Position numbers and translations under genes: made by a program
Notes under the pieces: model-generated
Told to the model about the DNA's origin: nothing
What the model saw: the letters and a program-made list of their open reading frames with translations, nothing else
Database searches by the model: none
Shown: in pieces, positions 9,303 to 18,913 of the stretch
How positions within the stretch are numbered: position 1 is the stretch's first letter
Layout of the letters: each line of letters starts with the position of its first letter
Assembly: GCA_965262615.1 (NCBI GenBank)
Contig: OZ253545.1
Location: 960,001 to 1,024,000, forward strand
Direction: 5' to 3'
From: Alphaproteobacteria bacterium
Lineage (GTDB): Bacteria; Pseudomonadota; Alphaproteobacteria; GM7ARS4; G965262615
Length of the DNA stretch: 64,000 nucleotides

Positions 9303-10139
9303 ATGAGCGTTGTTTTTTACAAAATGTGTTTCTTTGTTGGCGATAAAATCGCCTCAAACCAAGACCTAAATTCTGTTTTTGAGAACAATGTTTTGGAGAA
9401 AAAACCAGAAAGTTTTCCGTTCAACAATGCCTCCCATGTCCTTCAAAAGGAAATCATTGATGATAGATATTTTTGGTTCTACGCCAAGCACGGCACACCA
9501 ATCCCTCATAGCCCAACTGTTTTTAACAAGAAAAGCGAGAAGGAAGAAAACAACCCAAGAACGATAGAGCAGGTAGAAACAAACAAGCAATTGTTTGTCC
9601 TCTACAATCAAGATAATAGTATTCTTTATGTATCAAATACAGCAAAGAGAAAATTTCTTGAAGAATATTTCACAACAAAATTAGTAAAGAATGTTGTTAT
9701 TAAGGCTTCAGTCAAAGGTGTAAAGGAATTTCTTGCACAAGTAAGAAAAATAAACAGTGTGCAAATCTTTTACAAAAGAAGCATCTTCAACAACCCTAAT
9801 AAACACAGAAAAATGACAGAGATATTTCCAGAAAGCCAAGAGTTTTATGGTCTTGAAGGAGAGCCTGAATACACTCTAAAGGCAAAGTTTCGTCTCGCGC
9901 CCGTTACATCAGGGTTCGTTGACTTCATTCGTCGTGCAATAAAAGCAAAAACTGATGGTGAAATTAATTCTCTGATTTGTTTCGGTAAAGATGACCAAAA
10001 TGAACTAGCTATTCTCAATAGTGACTGCTTCATCCAAAACCTTTCTATTGAGCTAAACACAGACGAGGAAGGATTTTACAACCCGATTGATGTCAAATCG
10101 TCTCTTATCGATAAAATCGAAAGCACGAAAGATGCATAA
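9303..10139 (+). CDS. Conserved soluble hypothetical protein (278 aa), paralog of 51270-52115
   Basis: Shared blocks KEIIDDRYFW, NPRT.EQ.ETNKQLFVL, GKDDQNELAI; AT-rich. Confidence 0.8.
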   Translation: MSVVFYKMCFFVGDKIASNQDLNSVFENNVLEKKPESFPFNNASHVLQKEIIDDRYFWFYAKHGTPIPHSPTVFNKKSEKEENNPRTIEQVETNKQLFVLYNQDNSILYVSNTAKRKFLEEYFTTKLVKNVVIKASVKGVKEFLAQVRKINSVQIFYKRSIFNNPNKHRKMTEIFPESQEFYGLEGEPEYTLKAKFRLAPVTSGFVDFIRRAIKAKTDGEINSLICFGKDDQNELAILNSDCFIQNLSIELNTDEEGFYNPIDVKSSLIDKIESTKDA

Positions 10140-10635
10140 AGACCACAAAAGAATATCTTGGGCAATACTCATTGCCATCTTCTTAATTGCTTGCTCTGCA
10201 AAAGTGCAAATGACTGACACCACAGCGCAGAGCCTTGTGACATTTTTTTCTATCCTATTTGGTTTTTACATGACATCATTGACCATATTCTATAAATCTT
10301 CCTACATAAAGGAACTCTATAAAACCATTGACCAAGAAAGAAAACGAAGAAGAACCTACATACTCAAAAGGTATCTTCAAAGGATTAGCGAGTGCTTGAT
10401 ATCTTCTATCAGCTGCGTCTTCTTTTTTATGATGTTTGCCACAAGGAACGCGGACGGAATTTTGAGTGTGGATTTACACCCCTTCGTTTTGCCTTTGATT
10501 GAGATAACAATTGATTTTGATTTCAATTTGCTTGTGGTTTCCCTCATTTTTGCAATGGCTGCTCTGAACATTTTTTACATGTTGCTGATAATAAACGAAG
10601 TCATCAAAGCCGTTGATACAGAAGCAAAAAACTAA
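10132..10635 (+). CDS. About 4-TM membrane protein, paralog of 50777-51277
   Basis: AQSLVTFFSILFGFY, SSYIKELYK, FAMAALNIFYM; ATG overlaps the upstream stop. Confidence 0.8.
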   Translation: MHKDHKRISWAILIAIFLIACSAKVQMTDTTAQSLVTFFSILFGFYMTSLTIFYKSSYIKELYKTIDQERKRRRTYILKRYLQRISECLISSISCVFFFMMFATRNADGILSVDLHPFVLPLIEITIDFDFNLLVVSLIFAMAALNIFYMLLIINEVIKAVDTEAKN

Positions 10636-10639
10636 ATCA

Positions 10640-10764
10640 ACGCCCCACCCCACAACCATCTTTCTTATTGTCGCCGCCACTGCTACACTCACATCAAAGA
10701 CAAATCTGGCGAGATCGCACAAAGCGATCCCGCCACTGATGACTTACCCTGTCATTGCACCGAT
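10640..10764 (+). pseudogene. Internally deleted PAPS-reductase-like gene (5' and 3' ends only)
   Basis: 10684-10764 encodes YTHIKDKSGEIAQSDPATDDLPCHCTD, matching the C-terminus of 49437-50780. Confidence 0.8.
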
Positions 10765-10867
10765 TTTGTATATTAAGTCCCTTTTAAAAAATGTAACGAA
10801 TTGATTGCATCTGTTACATAAGGGATGCAAGACAGTTTTCCATCATTGATGTTCGTCTCATAGGGAG

Positions 10868-13800
10868 ATGGACATGAAAAGAAATCTCATCAATTGTCTC
10901 TGGGCATCAATGGTGTTGATGGGCATGGTTATGCCTCATTCTGCCGAAGCTGACCCTGACTATTGCACCGCGACGCGTCAAATCATTGATGGCAACGCGC
11001 ATTTTCGCATTACCTGCAAGGATAATGGTAGTGACGAGTGGAATAAACACACCACAGAGGGATTTAAGAACGAGCATCATCTGGGAAACATTCCCAATAC
11101 CACTTCTAACGAATTTACTCGTGTGGATCATGTGTATGTTGATATTAAGGATTTGGGCAATACAAGCGTCCATAACACCAATGGCAGTGTGATTAATTTG
11201 AGTCATGACTTTGGCGGCACACTGGAAGTGCGGCGGCACTGGGATGAGCCAACGACTGATCATAAAGCCTTCAATGCGGTTAATAAGGAGTCGGCTCATG
11301 GCATTGAGTTTGCCCAGAGCACGGGTCATGGCATCATTCGCACCAAAGGGGACATCACCACCAATGGCGCATCGTCTCATGGCATTATTGGCAAAGCCAG
11401 CAAGGGCAAATTATTGATTGAATCGGCGGGTGACATCACAGCCAATGGCAGTGGCTCTCATGGCATCACCGCTGAGGGGCGTGATGCGGTGAAGGTGGTC
11501 AATTCCAGTGACATCGTTGCCAAAGGGGCATCATCGCACGGCGTTCATATGGTGTGGTCATCCGATAGCGGCACGCCTGCCGCCACGCGCTATGATGGAG
11601 GAATGGCGGATGTCACCACCATGACACTGGTCAATAAAGCGGGCGCCACCATCACCGCCAATGACAGTGCCTCGCACGGCGTCCATATGGATCACAGAAA
11701 CTCAAAAGGCGATGCCACGATAGAGAATAAAGGAACAATTGAAGCCAAAGGAAATGGGGCTTATGGAATTTATGTGCACAGTCAGCGGGCAGGTCATGAT
11801 GTGAGCATTGTCAATGAAGGCACTGTGAAGGCATCAAGCGGTTCGGCACACGCCATTCATGTGAATCATGTCGCCGCACTGGGCAAGGTTTCTGTTGACA
11901 ACAAGGGCACCATTGAGGCGAGCGGTGATGAAAATCATCTCATTTATGTGCAGGGTAAAGATTCAAAAGATAACATCACGCTTACCAACAGTGGCACGAT
12001 GACGGTGGCGGGAGATGAGGCTCATGTTTTGTATGTGGATGGCACTGAGTCAACGGGTTTGATTACCCTTCATAACAAAACGGGGGGCAGTGTCGTCACT
12101 TCATCTGATGAGAGTCATGCCATGTATGTGAAGGCACACTCATCACGCTCCAACATTGTTCTCACCAATCAGGGCACGGCGCGCGCTTCGGGTGAAGATT
12201 CCCACGCCATGTATGTGGATGGGACATCGTCATTGCAGAACATCAGTGTGACCAATGAAGGCACGGTGAGCAGTCATACGGATGGCGACCATAGCATGTA
12301 TGTGAATGGCGCACAGACGCGAGGTCAAATTGATCTCGTCAATCAAGGCAGTGTGAGCAGTTCGGTGGCGGAGTCTCACGGCATGTATCTGGATGGCAGT
12401 GGCGCGCGAGGCAGACTCTCAATTCTCAATGCTCGCCAGGGCACGGTGGTCACATCGGCTGACGATAGCCACGCCGCTTATATCAAAGCTTCGTCATCTC
12501 AGAACAACACTTCGTTGATTAATTTTGGGACACTGCGGGTGTCCGGTGAGGACTCCCATGCCATGTATCTGGATGGCGAGGGGGCGACAGGCACGCTGGG
12601 TGCGTTCAATTATAACACCGTGACCAGTCAAACAAGCGGTGGTCATGGGATGCATGTGAACAGCAAAAGGGCGAGAGGCAGAATATATGTGACCAACGAG
12701 GGCACGGTGACCAGTTCGGTGGCGGGGTCTCATGGCATGTATGTCAATGCCACCGAGGCAAGAGGCAATGTTATTTTTAGCAACACGACCAATGCTCGTG
12801 TGACGGCATCGGCTGCTGATAGTCATGCCGTTTATGTGGATGCCATGCTGGGCACTCATGATATTTCTCTGACCAATGATGGTGCGTTGACGGCGGGGAC
12901 ATCATCGTCTCATGCGGTGCATGTGGATGGTCGCAGTGGCACTGGGGCGATGAGTCTGACCAATCGCGGCACGATGACGGCGGGAGCGGCGGGGCATCAT
13001 GCACTGTATGTGACGGCAGCCAATCGCACCGGCATCATCACACTGACCAACAGAGGAACGATTCAAGCGACAGGCAATAATTCCAATGGCATTCATGTGA
13101 CGGCAGATTCGCAACAAAGCGGGGTGACGGTGCATCACGAAAGCGGCGCACGGCTCACCAAAACAGGACAAGGACATGGCATCTATGTGCGGGCGCAAGG
13201 AGGCAAAGGAGCGATCACGGTGCGTCATCATGGCATCACCAATGCGGCGGTGGGACAGGCAACCGGAGATGGTATTCACATTGATGCCACCAATGGCAAT
13301 GGCGCAGTGACTGTGGAACACAAGGGAACGCTCAATATTTCGCAAAACGGACGCGCCATTGCGGTGAAATCCGGCAAGGGACGCATTCAGGTGACTTTTG
13401 ACAAAAATTCCACCATCAGTCGTCCTCAGTCGGCGGGAACGGCGTTGAGTGCCAGTTCTGCTCCTCGTTATTTTGCTGATATAGAGGGCGGCAGTCGCGA
13501 TCAGCTGCAGCCCAACATGGTGGTGCTCAATGGCAACACGCAAGGAGCGTTTCGCAGCACCAATGGGCATGACACCCTCTATATTGCCGATGACACCGCG
13601 TCTCTTGATTTGACAGGAGCTGAATTTGGTGGTGGTCACGATCGCATAATTAATAGAGGAAGTCTCACTATGAAGGCGGGCACTCGTATCAGCGGTCTTG
13701 ATTATTTTCGCCAATTGCCCACAGGCACTCTCACGGTGGACATGCAAAATGGTGACAAGGACGGCATGGTGATTATCGGCTCGGCGGGCATGATTGAAGG

Positions 13801-15283
13801 CGGGGTGATGGTTGATAATTTTGATTTTAATCAAGTGAAGAAAGGCAAGCCCATCTATATTGTGCGCACCGATGGCGGCATGACCTATAATCCCGATGCT
13901 GATCTTGCCAGCGTTGTGCTGAAATTTAGAGATTTCCTTTGCCGTTTTGGCAGCTGTCCGGTGTTGCTGGGCGATGAGAGCGGCTCATTGGTGAGCGATG
14001 AAGGCGGTCGTTCAGCCTTGACGCTGTCTGACCATACCGATGTGATGCGTGTGACAAGTGGTGGCAAGGACTATCTGGTGCGGATGGGCTCGTTGGGCAT
14101 TTCGGTTCTGGCGGATGATGATTTTGCGAGATACAGTTCTTCTTTGACACCTCGCCAGCGCGCCATTGCCAATTATCTGGATGCCATCAGTTCGGACAAT
14201 CCGTCATGGTTGAATCAAATGCTGGAGAACAATTTTTTGTCGCTTCGGCATGATGATGGCTATGGTGCGGCATTGGATCAATGGGGCGGTTTGGTGTATC
14301 GGGTGTTGCCTCATTCCATGATGGATGGCGATCGGCGTTTTGCCACCGATTTGCACCGCCGTGATGTCTGTGACGATGATGACACCCGTCGCAAGGGCAA
14401 GCGTCAGCGCAGTCGTGTTGGTTTGGTGTGTGCCACCCTTGATATGAAGGGCAGCTACTTCAAAAGAAATGGTGACAGCGAGCATCTGGCTTTTACCGAA
14501 TCCGGTTTGATTGTTGATTTTTTATCGGTGCTTCATTTTGCTCACGAATGGTCAATGGAGTATGGATTTTCCTATTCGTTCAATGACGGTGAGGATGATA
14601 TGGCTTCGTCTTGGAAGCGTCATCGTCTGCAGGGCTTGGTGGGCTTGCGTCATGAGAATCGTTTGAGTTCATCTGTGACATGGCAATCGTTTGCGGGTCT
14701 TGTGGCGGGCATGGATTTTCATGATGTGCAGCGTTCCTTTTCGCAAACGAATTGGCGGATGGTGACGGCATCACCGAAAACGGAATCGGTGAGCGGACAT
14801 GGTCGCACGGGATTTGTGCAGCAAGCATCATCCTTTTCATGGGGGGGCGCGATGGATATTCGTCTTGGACAGGTGAGCAGCAATTCCTTCACTGAAGAAG
14901 GGAGTGCGGCGGTGGCATGGGAATTTGCCAATCAATCCAACAATTTTGGCGACATTGGCATCTCGCTGTTTTATGAGGACGGCGAGGCTGAACACGGACA
15001 CCAATCTCATGGCTTCGCTGACGAATTCAAGCCCTTTGTGACGGTGGGGGCGTATTATCAGTTCATGGGACGGGATGTCTCACTGGACGGTCGCCTGAGG
15101 GGAAGTCGCAGTGAGGCTGTGTTGAGTCTCACCGATGAGCGCGCCGCCATGACGGTGGATGCCGATGTGGGCATGAATTTTCAGTATAGCGATATGGATG
15201 TGAATCTGCGTTATCAATCAAGCTACGGCTTTGTGGGGGCTCTTTCAATGAGTCATCGGGGCGTTTTTGCGGTTCGTTTTTGA
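10868..15283 (+). CDS. Large autotransporter (1471 aa) with His-rich beta-helical passenger
   Basis: Signal peptide ending AEA, about 24 coils of NxGT..SH(G/A)x(Y/H)V, barrel-like C-terminus ending AVRF. Confidence 0.82.
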   Translation: MDMKRNLINCLWASMVLMGMVMPHSAEADPDYCTATRQIIDGNAHFRITCKDNGSDEWNKHTTEGFKNEHHLGNIPNTTSNEFTRVDHVYVDIKDLGNTSVHNTNGSVINLSHDFGGTLEVRRHWDEPTTDHKAFNAVNKESAHGIEFAQSTGHGIIRTKGDITTNGASSHGIIGKASKGKLLIESAGDITANGSGSHGITAEGRDAVKVVNSSDIVAKGASSHGVHMVWSSDSGTPAATRYDGGMADVTTMTLVNKAGATITANDSASHGVHMDHRNSKGDATIENKGTIEAKGNGAYGIYVHSQRAGHDVSIVNEGTVKASSGSAHAIHVNHVAALGKVSVDNKGTIEASGDENHLIYVQGKDSKDNITLTNSGTMTVAGDEAHVLYVDGTESTGLITLHNKTGGSVVTSSDESHAMYVKAHSSRSNIVLTNQGTARASGEDSHAMYVDGTSSLQNISVTNEGTVSSHTDGDHSMYVNGAQTRGQIDLVNQGSVSSSVAESHGMYLDGSGARGRLSILNARQGTVVTSADDSHAAYIKASSSQNNTSLINFGTLRVSGEDSHAMYLDGEGATGTLGAFNYNTVTSQTSGGHGMHVNSKRARGRIYVTNEGTVTSSVAGSHGMYVNATEARGNVIFSNTTNARVTASAADSHAVYVDAMLGTHDISLTNDGALTAGTSSSHAVHVDGRSGTGAMSLTNRGTMTAGAAGHHALYVTAANRTGIITLTNRGTIQATGNNSNGIHVTADSQQSGVTVHHESGARLTKTGQGHGIYVRAQGGKGAITVRHHGITNAAVGQATGDGIHIDATNGNGAVTVEHKGTLNISQNGRAIAVKSGKGRIQVTFDKNSTISRPQSAGTALSASSAPRYFADIEGGSRDQLQPNMVVLNGNTQGAFRSTNGHDTLYIADDTASLDLTGAEFGGGHDRIINRGSLTMKAGTRISGLDYFRQLPTGTLTVDMQNGDKDGMVIIGSAGMIEGGVMVDNFDFNQVKKGKPIYIVRTDGGMTYNPDADLASVVLKFRDFLCRFGSCPVLLGDESGSLVSDEGGRSALTLSDHTDVMRVTSGGKDYLVRMGSLGISVLADDDFARYSSSLTPRQRAIANYLDAISSDNPSWLNQMLENNFLSLRHDDGYGAALDQWGGLVYRVLPHSMMDGDRRFATDLHRRDVCDDDDTRRKGKRQRSRVGLVCATLDMKGSYFKRNGDSEHLAFTESGLIVDFLSVLHFAHEWSMEYGFSYSFNDGEDDMASSWKRHRLQGLVGLRHENRLSSSVTWQSFAGLVAGMDFHDVQRSFSQTNWRMVTASPKTESVSGHGRTGFVQQASSFSWGGAMDIRLGQVSSNSFTEEGSAAVAWEFANQSNNFGDIGISLFYEDGEAEHGHQSHGFADEFKPFVTVGAYYQFMGRDVSLDGRLRGSRSEAVLSLTDERAAMTVDADVGMNFQYSDMDVNLRYQSSYGFVGALSMSHRGVFAVRF

Positions 15284-15556
15284 GGAAAGAAAAAAAGCGG
15301 CTTGCCGTTTTTTTTGCAATGAGCTGATGGTCTGTCTGCCTTTCTCGGAACGCAGCCAATGAGCAAAACAAAAAGCTTGATAACGATGTGGATGTGAATG
15401 TGCGTTATCAAGCAAGCTATTCGTTATCAAGCAAACTATTCATCGTGGCGTTTTTGCGGTTCGTTTTTGAGGAAAGAAAAACATTGGCTCGCCGTTTTTT
15501 TGCAATGAGCCGATGGTCTGTCTGCCTTTCTCGGAACGCAGCCAATGAGCAAAACA
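15190..15556. repeat. About 187-bp tandem duplication of the convergent autotransporter/tupA 3'-end junction
   Basis: 15253-15370 matches 15440-15556; the ggatgtgaat.tgcgttatcaa block occurs near 15196 and 15390. Confidence 0.85.
15290..15315. terminator. Putative bidirectional intrinsic terminator
   Basis: A7-GCGG-CTTG-CCG-T8 just after the autotransporter stop; short stem. Confidence 0.5.
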
Positions 15557-16270
15557 CAATGCCTGTTCATAGCGCACATGAGGATGCAGCACAGGATGGG
15601 TGATGAGAATGCTGTATTGATTGGGAACGGCATCGGTCATGGCGATGCGGAGGTGTTGTGGTTCAAACCGATGCCATGTGGCACTGTCACTGATTGTGTA
15701 GGCATTGAGTTCGTTTGCCATCGTGAGAGTCGCTCCCATGCCTTGCCCACTGGTGAGATAATGCTCTTGGGTGTGCTGGGTGATGCCCGCCTCTTGCCAT
15801 AGCATCTGTTCCCGATGGTGCGTGCCGCTCTGGTCGCCACGGGAGAGAAAAACGCCGCACGAGGCGAGTCGTTGCAGAGCTTCTGACATGGAAGAACTTG
15901 TTGCGGTGGCGCACGGGTCATCGTGAGGGGCGATGAGAAGGAAGTGATTCATCATGATGAATTGACGAAAGGCAAATGCTCCTTGTTCTAACAGCTGCTG
16001 TTCTGCCGCTGGATGATGACTGATGACACCGTCACTGTCGCCTCTGGCGGCAATGCGCAATGATTGACCACTGCCAGCGATGAGAAAAGAGATATCAATG
16101 GCGGTGTCTTGTTCAAATGCGTCTTCAATGCGTTGCCGCAAGCCCGAATTTTCAAAGGATGTGGTGGCGGCAATCAGCAGGGAGGCATTGTCGGAACGAG
16201 GGCAGTGATGATGGATGCCATGCAGGCTCACGGGCATCATCAGCAGTAGTAGGGCAAAGAGTTTTGTCAT
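15440..16270 (-). CDS. tupA: Tungstate ABC transporter substrate-binding protein
   Basis: ATTTSFENSGL, GSGQSL, SRGDQSGTH, GQGMGATL; start MTKLF coupled to the tupC stop. Confidence 0.88.
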   Translation of the reverse strand: MTKLFALLLLMMPVSLHGIHHHCPRSDNASLLIAATTSFENSGLRQRIEDAFEQDTAIDISFLIAGSGQSLRIAARGDSDGVISHHPAAEQQLLEQGAFAFRQFIMMNHFLLIAPHDDPCATATSSSMSEALQRLASCGVFLSRGDQSGTHHREQMLWQEAGITQHTQEHYLTSGQGMGATLTMANELNAYTISDSATWHRFEPQHLRIAMTDAVPNQYSILITHPVLHPHVRYEQALCFAHWLRSEKGRQTIGSLQKNGEPMFFFPQKRTAKTPR

Positions 16271-16977
16271 GACAAAAGTTCTCCTGTGAGAAATTGGTGA
16301 GCGGCGTGGCTGTGCGGCTCTGTGAAAAATTGACGAGCGGGTGTGTGTTCCCATAGCCGTCCATTGTGAATGAAGAGGACATCATCGGCAAGGCGTTTTG
16401 CCTGTGCGCCATCATGGGTAGTCATGATGATAGTGCTTTGGTGTTTGAGGGAGTGAAGGGTTTGTTCAATCAGGTGGGTGCTGTGATGGTCAAGGGTGGC
16501 GGTGGGTTCGTCCAGCAGCAGGGTTTGCGGTTTGACGATGGTGGCGCGCAGCAGGGCGATGATGTGCTGTTGTCCCAATGACAATTGATGGGCGGGTCTA
16601 AAGGCAAGGTGGGTGAGTCCCACGGTTGCGAGGTGGTGCGATGCGCGCTCATATCGCTCGCGCCGTGCCACGCCTTTGAGAGCCAGAGGAAATGTCAGAT
16701 TGGCGATGACCGAGCGGTGCAACAAAGAGGCTTTTTGAAAAACCATAGATTGATGATGTCTGGCTTGAGGTGCAGCAACGCCATTCCATGATATGTCCCC
16801 GGTGCTGGGTGATAACAAGCCATGCAGCAGGGCAAGGGTCAGACTTTTGCCCGCGCCATTGGGTCCCATCACAATGGTGATGCCTTGCTGCTCAATGGTG
16901 AGGGAGATGTCATGAATGAGGGTCACGCCATGAAGGTCAAAGGAGACATGGCGCGCAATGCACGGCAATTGATTCAT
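16267..16977 (-). CDS. tupC: Tungstate ABC transporter ATPase
   Basis: GPNGAGKS, LSLGQ, LLLDEPTATLD; operon context. Confidence 0.85.
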   Translation of the reverse strand: MNQLPCIARHVSFDLHGVTLIHDISLTIEQQGITIVMGPNGAGKSLTLALLHGLLSPSTGDISWNGVAAPQARHHQSMVFQKASLLHRSVIANLTFPLALKGVARRERYERASHHLATVGLTHLAFRPAHQLSLGQQHIIALLRATIVKPQTLLLDEPTATLDHHSTHLIEQTLHSLKHQSTIIMTTHDGAQAKRLADDVLFIHNGRLWEHTPARQFFTEPHSHAAHQFLTGELLS

Positions 16978-17666
16978 GGCAGCAGGGATTGTTGATGGTG
17001 GCTATGGATGTGCATGATGCGCCATGCGAGCCAGTTGATGACAAGGGCGATGAGCAACAGGATGCATCCCAACGCCATGGCGCGTGCGAGGTCTCCTTGA
17101 GCGGTTTCAAGGGCGATGGCGGTGGTCATGACGCGCGTGTGATGGTCAATATTGCCGCCCACAATGGCGACCGCCCCCACTTCCGATATGCCGCGTCCAA
17201 AACCCGCAAGGATGGCGGTGAGCAGATGATGACGCACATCGTGCAGCAGTGTCAGAACCATTTGCATGGGGGATGCTCCCATAGAGACAAGAGGCATGTG
17301 AAGCTGTCGCTCGCGGGCGGCGACCGCCTGATAACAATGAACGGCGACAATGGGAATAATGATGAGCATCTGTGCCATGATCATGGCACTGGGGCTATAG
17401 AGTAATCCTAAAAATCCCAGAGCGCCACTGCGCGACAGCATCAGATAGACCGCCAAGCCCGCCACCACAGGAGGCAATCCCAATAATCCGTGCAGCACAA
17501 CGGTGACGAGGCGGGACGCTCTTGATTGATGCATGGCAAGAAAACAACCCAAAGGCAAAGCAATCACCAAAGAAAAGAGCAGAGCGGTGGTGGTGACTTC
17601 CAGCGAGAGACCAATAATCTCATGCAGGTGGGAGTCGGTGAGCAAAATCAGACTCTCCGTGATCAT
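16974..17666 (-). CDS. tupB: Tungstate ABC transporter permease
   Basis: GLPPVVAGL, SEVGAVAIVGGNIDHHTRVMTTAIALET. Confidence 0.9.
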   Translation of the reverse strand: MITESLILLTDSHLHEIIGLSLEVTTTALLFSLVIALPLGCFLAMHQSRASRLVTVVLHGLLGLPPVVAGLAVYLMLSRSGALGFLGLLYSPSAMIMAQMLIIIPIVAVHCYQAVAARERQLHMPLVSMGASPMQMVLTLLHDVRHHLLTAILAGFGRGISEVGAVAIVGGNIDHHTRVMTTAIALETAQGDLARAMALGCILLLIALVINWLAWRIMHIHSHHQQSLLP

Positions 17667-18913
17667 GAATCAATGGGAGTGATTGAGCCCTTGGCAAGAA
17701 TGTGCGAGCATCGCAACGCCCGAGCATGGCGATGCAATGCGTCACGAGAATAATCCTCAAGAGCCTGAATGACGATGGCATTGTCAGCGCGCCACTGCTG
17801 AATGTGTTTTTGCTCACTGTTCCAGACGGCAAGAATTCTTTTTTCCGATTCAGAGGGGTCAATGGTGTGAGCAAGGGCATCAATAAAGAGGGTCATGCCG
17901 ACGGCTTGTTCGCCCGTGAATTCATCGGAAGGTGATGGGAGAGGTGCGCGGTGAGATGAGTGGTGTGGATAGAGATGATTGTGATGACTTTCATGATGGC
18001 GGGCAAACAATCGTTGGGGCGTGTGGGGGCTATGGGTTTCATAGCGTCCGCCGCGCCCGATGTCACTGTCGTGTCCTTCCATGAAGAGGGAAAAGGTGAT
18101 GCCTGAGTATGCCACCATTCCTCTGTTTTCCAATGGGTCTAGGGTGATGAGCAGGTTGGGGATTTTTTGCCGAATCTGCTGTGCCAATTCCAGCAACAGG
18201 TCTCGTTGTTCTTGCACGGCTTGCGGCAGGCTGATGGCTTGCAGGGCGGTAAATGACTCATCCATGGGACCAGAGCCTTGCAGCAGTTGGGTCAGAGTTT
18301 TTGCCATGTGGGTGTCATAATCTTGCAGGGAGGAAATATCCTTGCGATTGAGGATGGAGCGCAAAATCATGGTGTCTTTGTCACTGAGATGATGATGCTC
18401 AATGAGCGACTGGGTGAGGGTGGGCAGGTTGAGATCAATGGTGATGGGACACGATGACACCAGTTTCAGGGCATCCAATGCGGTGAGGATGACATCCAGT
18501 TCCGCCTGAATGGAGTTTGCTCCAAACAGTTCAATTCCCGCTTGCAAATATTGTTTGTCGGGATGCAGTTGGCTTTGTTGGGTACTGAGACATTCGCCGC
18601 AGTAAGCAAGACGCAGAGGACGCTCTTGATGACTCAATTTGGTGCGGGCAATGCGCATGACTTGCGGGGTGATGTCATGGCGCACGGCGGCGATTTTTTC
18701 TGTGGGCGTATGGGCGAATCGCAATTGATGCACCTGTGCCGATAGGGGGAGACTGTCATGCTGTTCTTGTTCCACCAGTGGCGGTTTGACTCGCTCATAG
18801 CCGGCGCTGTGAAAATGGCTCATGATGGTGTGAGCGAGGACGGCTTCATGGTGCGCCGTTGGCGGGAGCAAATCATGAAAGCCAGCAAGGGGAGATGTGA
18901 AATCAGAGGTCAT
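17663..18913 (-). CDS. hisZ: ATP phosphoribosyltransferase regulatory subunit
   Basis: GFHDLLP, RHDITPQVMRIA, PLRLAYCG, QAGIELFG, GRGGRY; start taken at MTSDF. Confidence 0.85.
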   Translation of the reverse strand: MTSDFTSPLAGFHDLLPPTAHHEAVLAHTIMSHFHSAGYERVKPPLVEQEQHDSLPLSAQVHQLRFAHTPTEKIAAVRHDITPQVMRIARTKLSHQERPLRLAYCGECLSTQQSQLHPDKQYLQAGIELFGANSIQAELDVILTALDALKLVSSCPITIDLNLPTLTQSLIEHHHLSDKDTMILRSILNRKDISSLQDYDTHMAKTLTQLLQGSGPMDESFTALQAISLPQAVQEQRDLLLELAQQIRQKIPNLLITLDPLENRGMVAYSGITFSLFMEGHDSDIGRGGRYETHSPHTPQRLFARHHESHHNHLYPHHSSHRAPLPSPSDEFTGEQAVGMTLFIDALAHTIDPSESEKRILAVWNSEQKHIQQWRADNAIVIQALEDYSRDALHRHARALRCSHILAKGSITPIDS

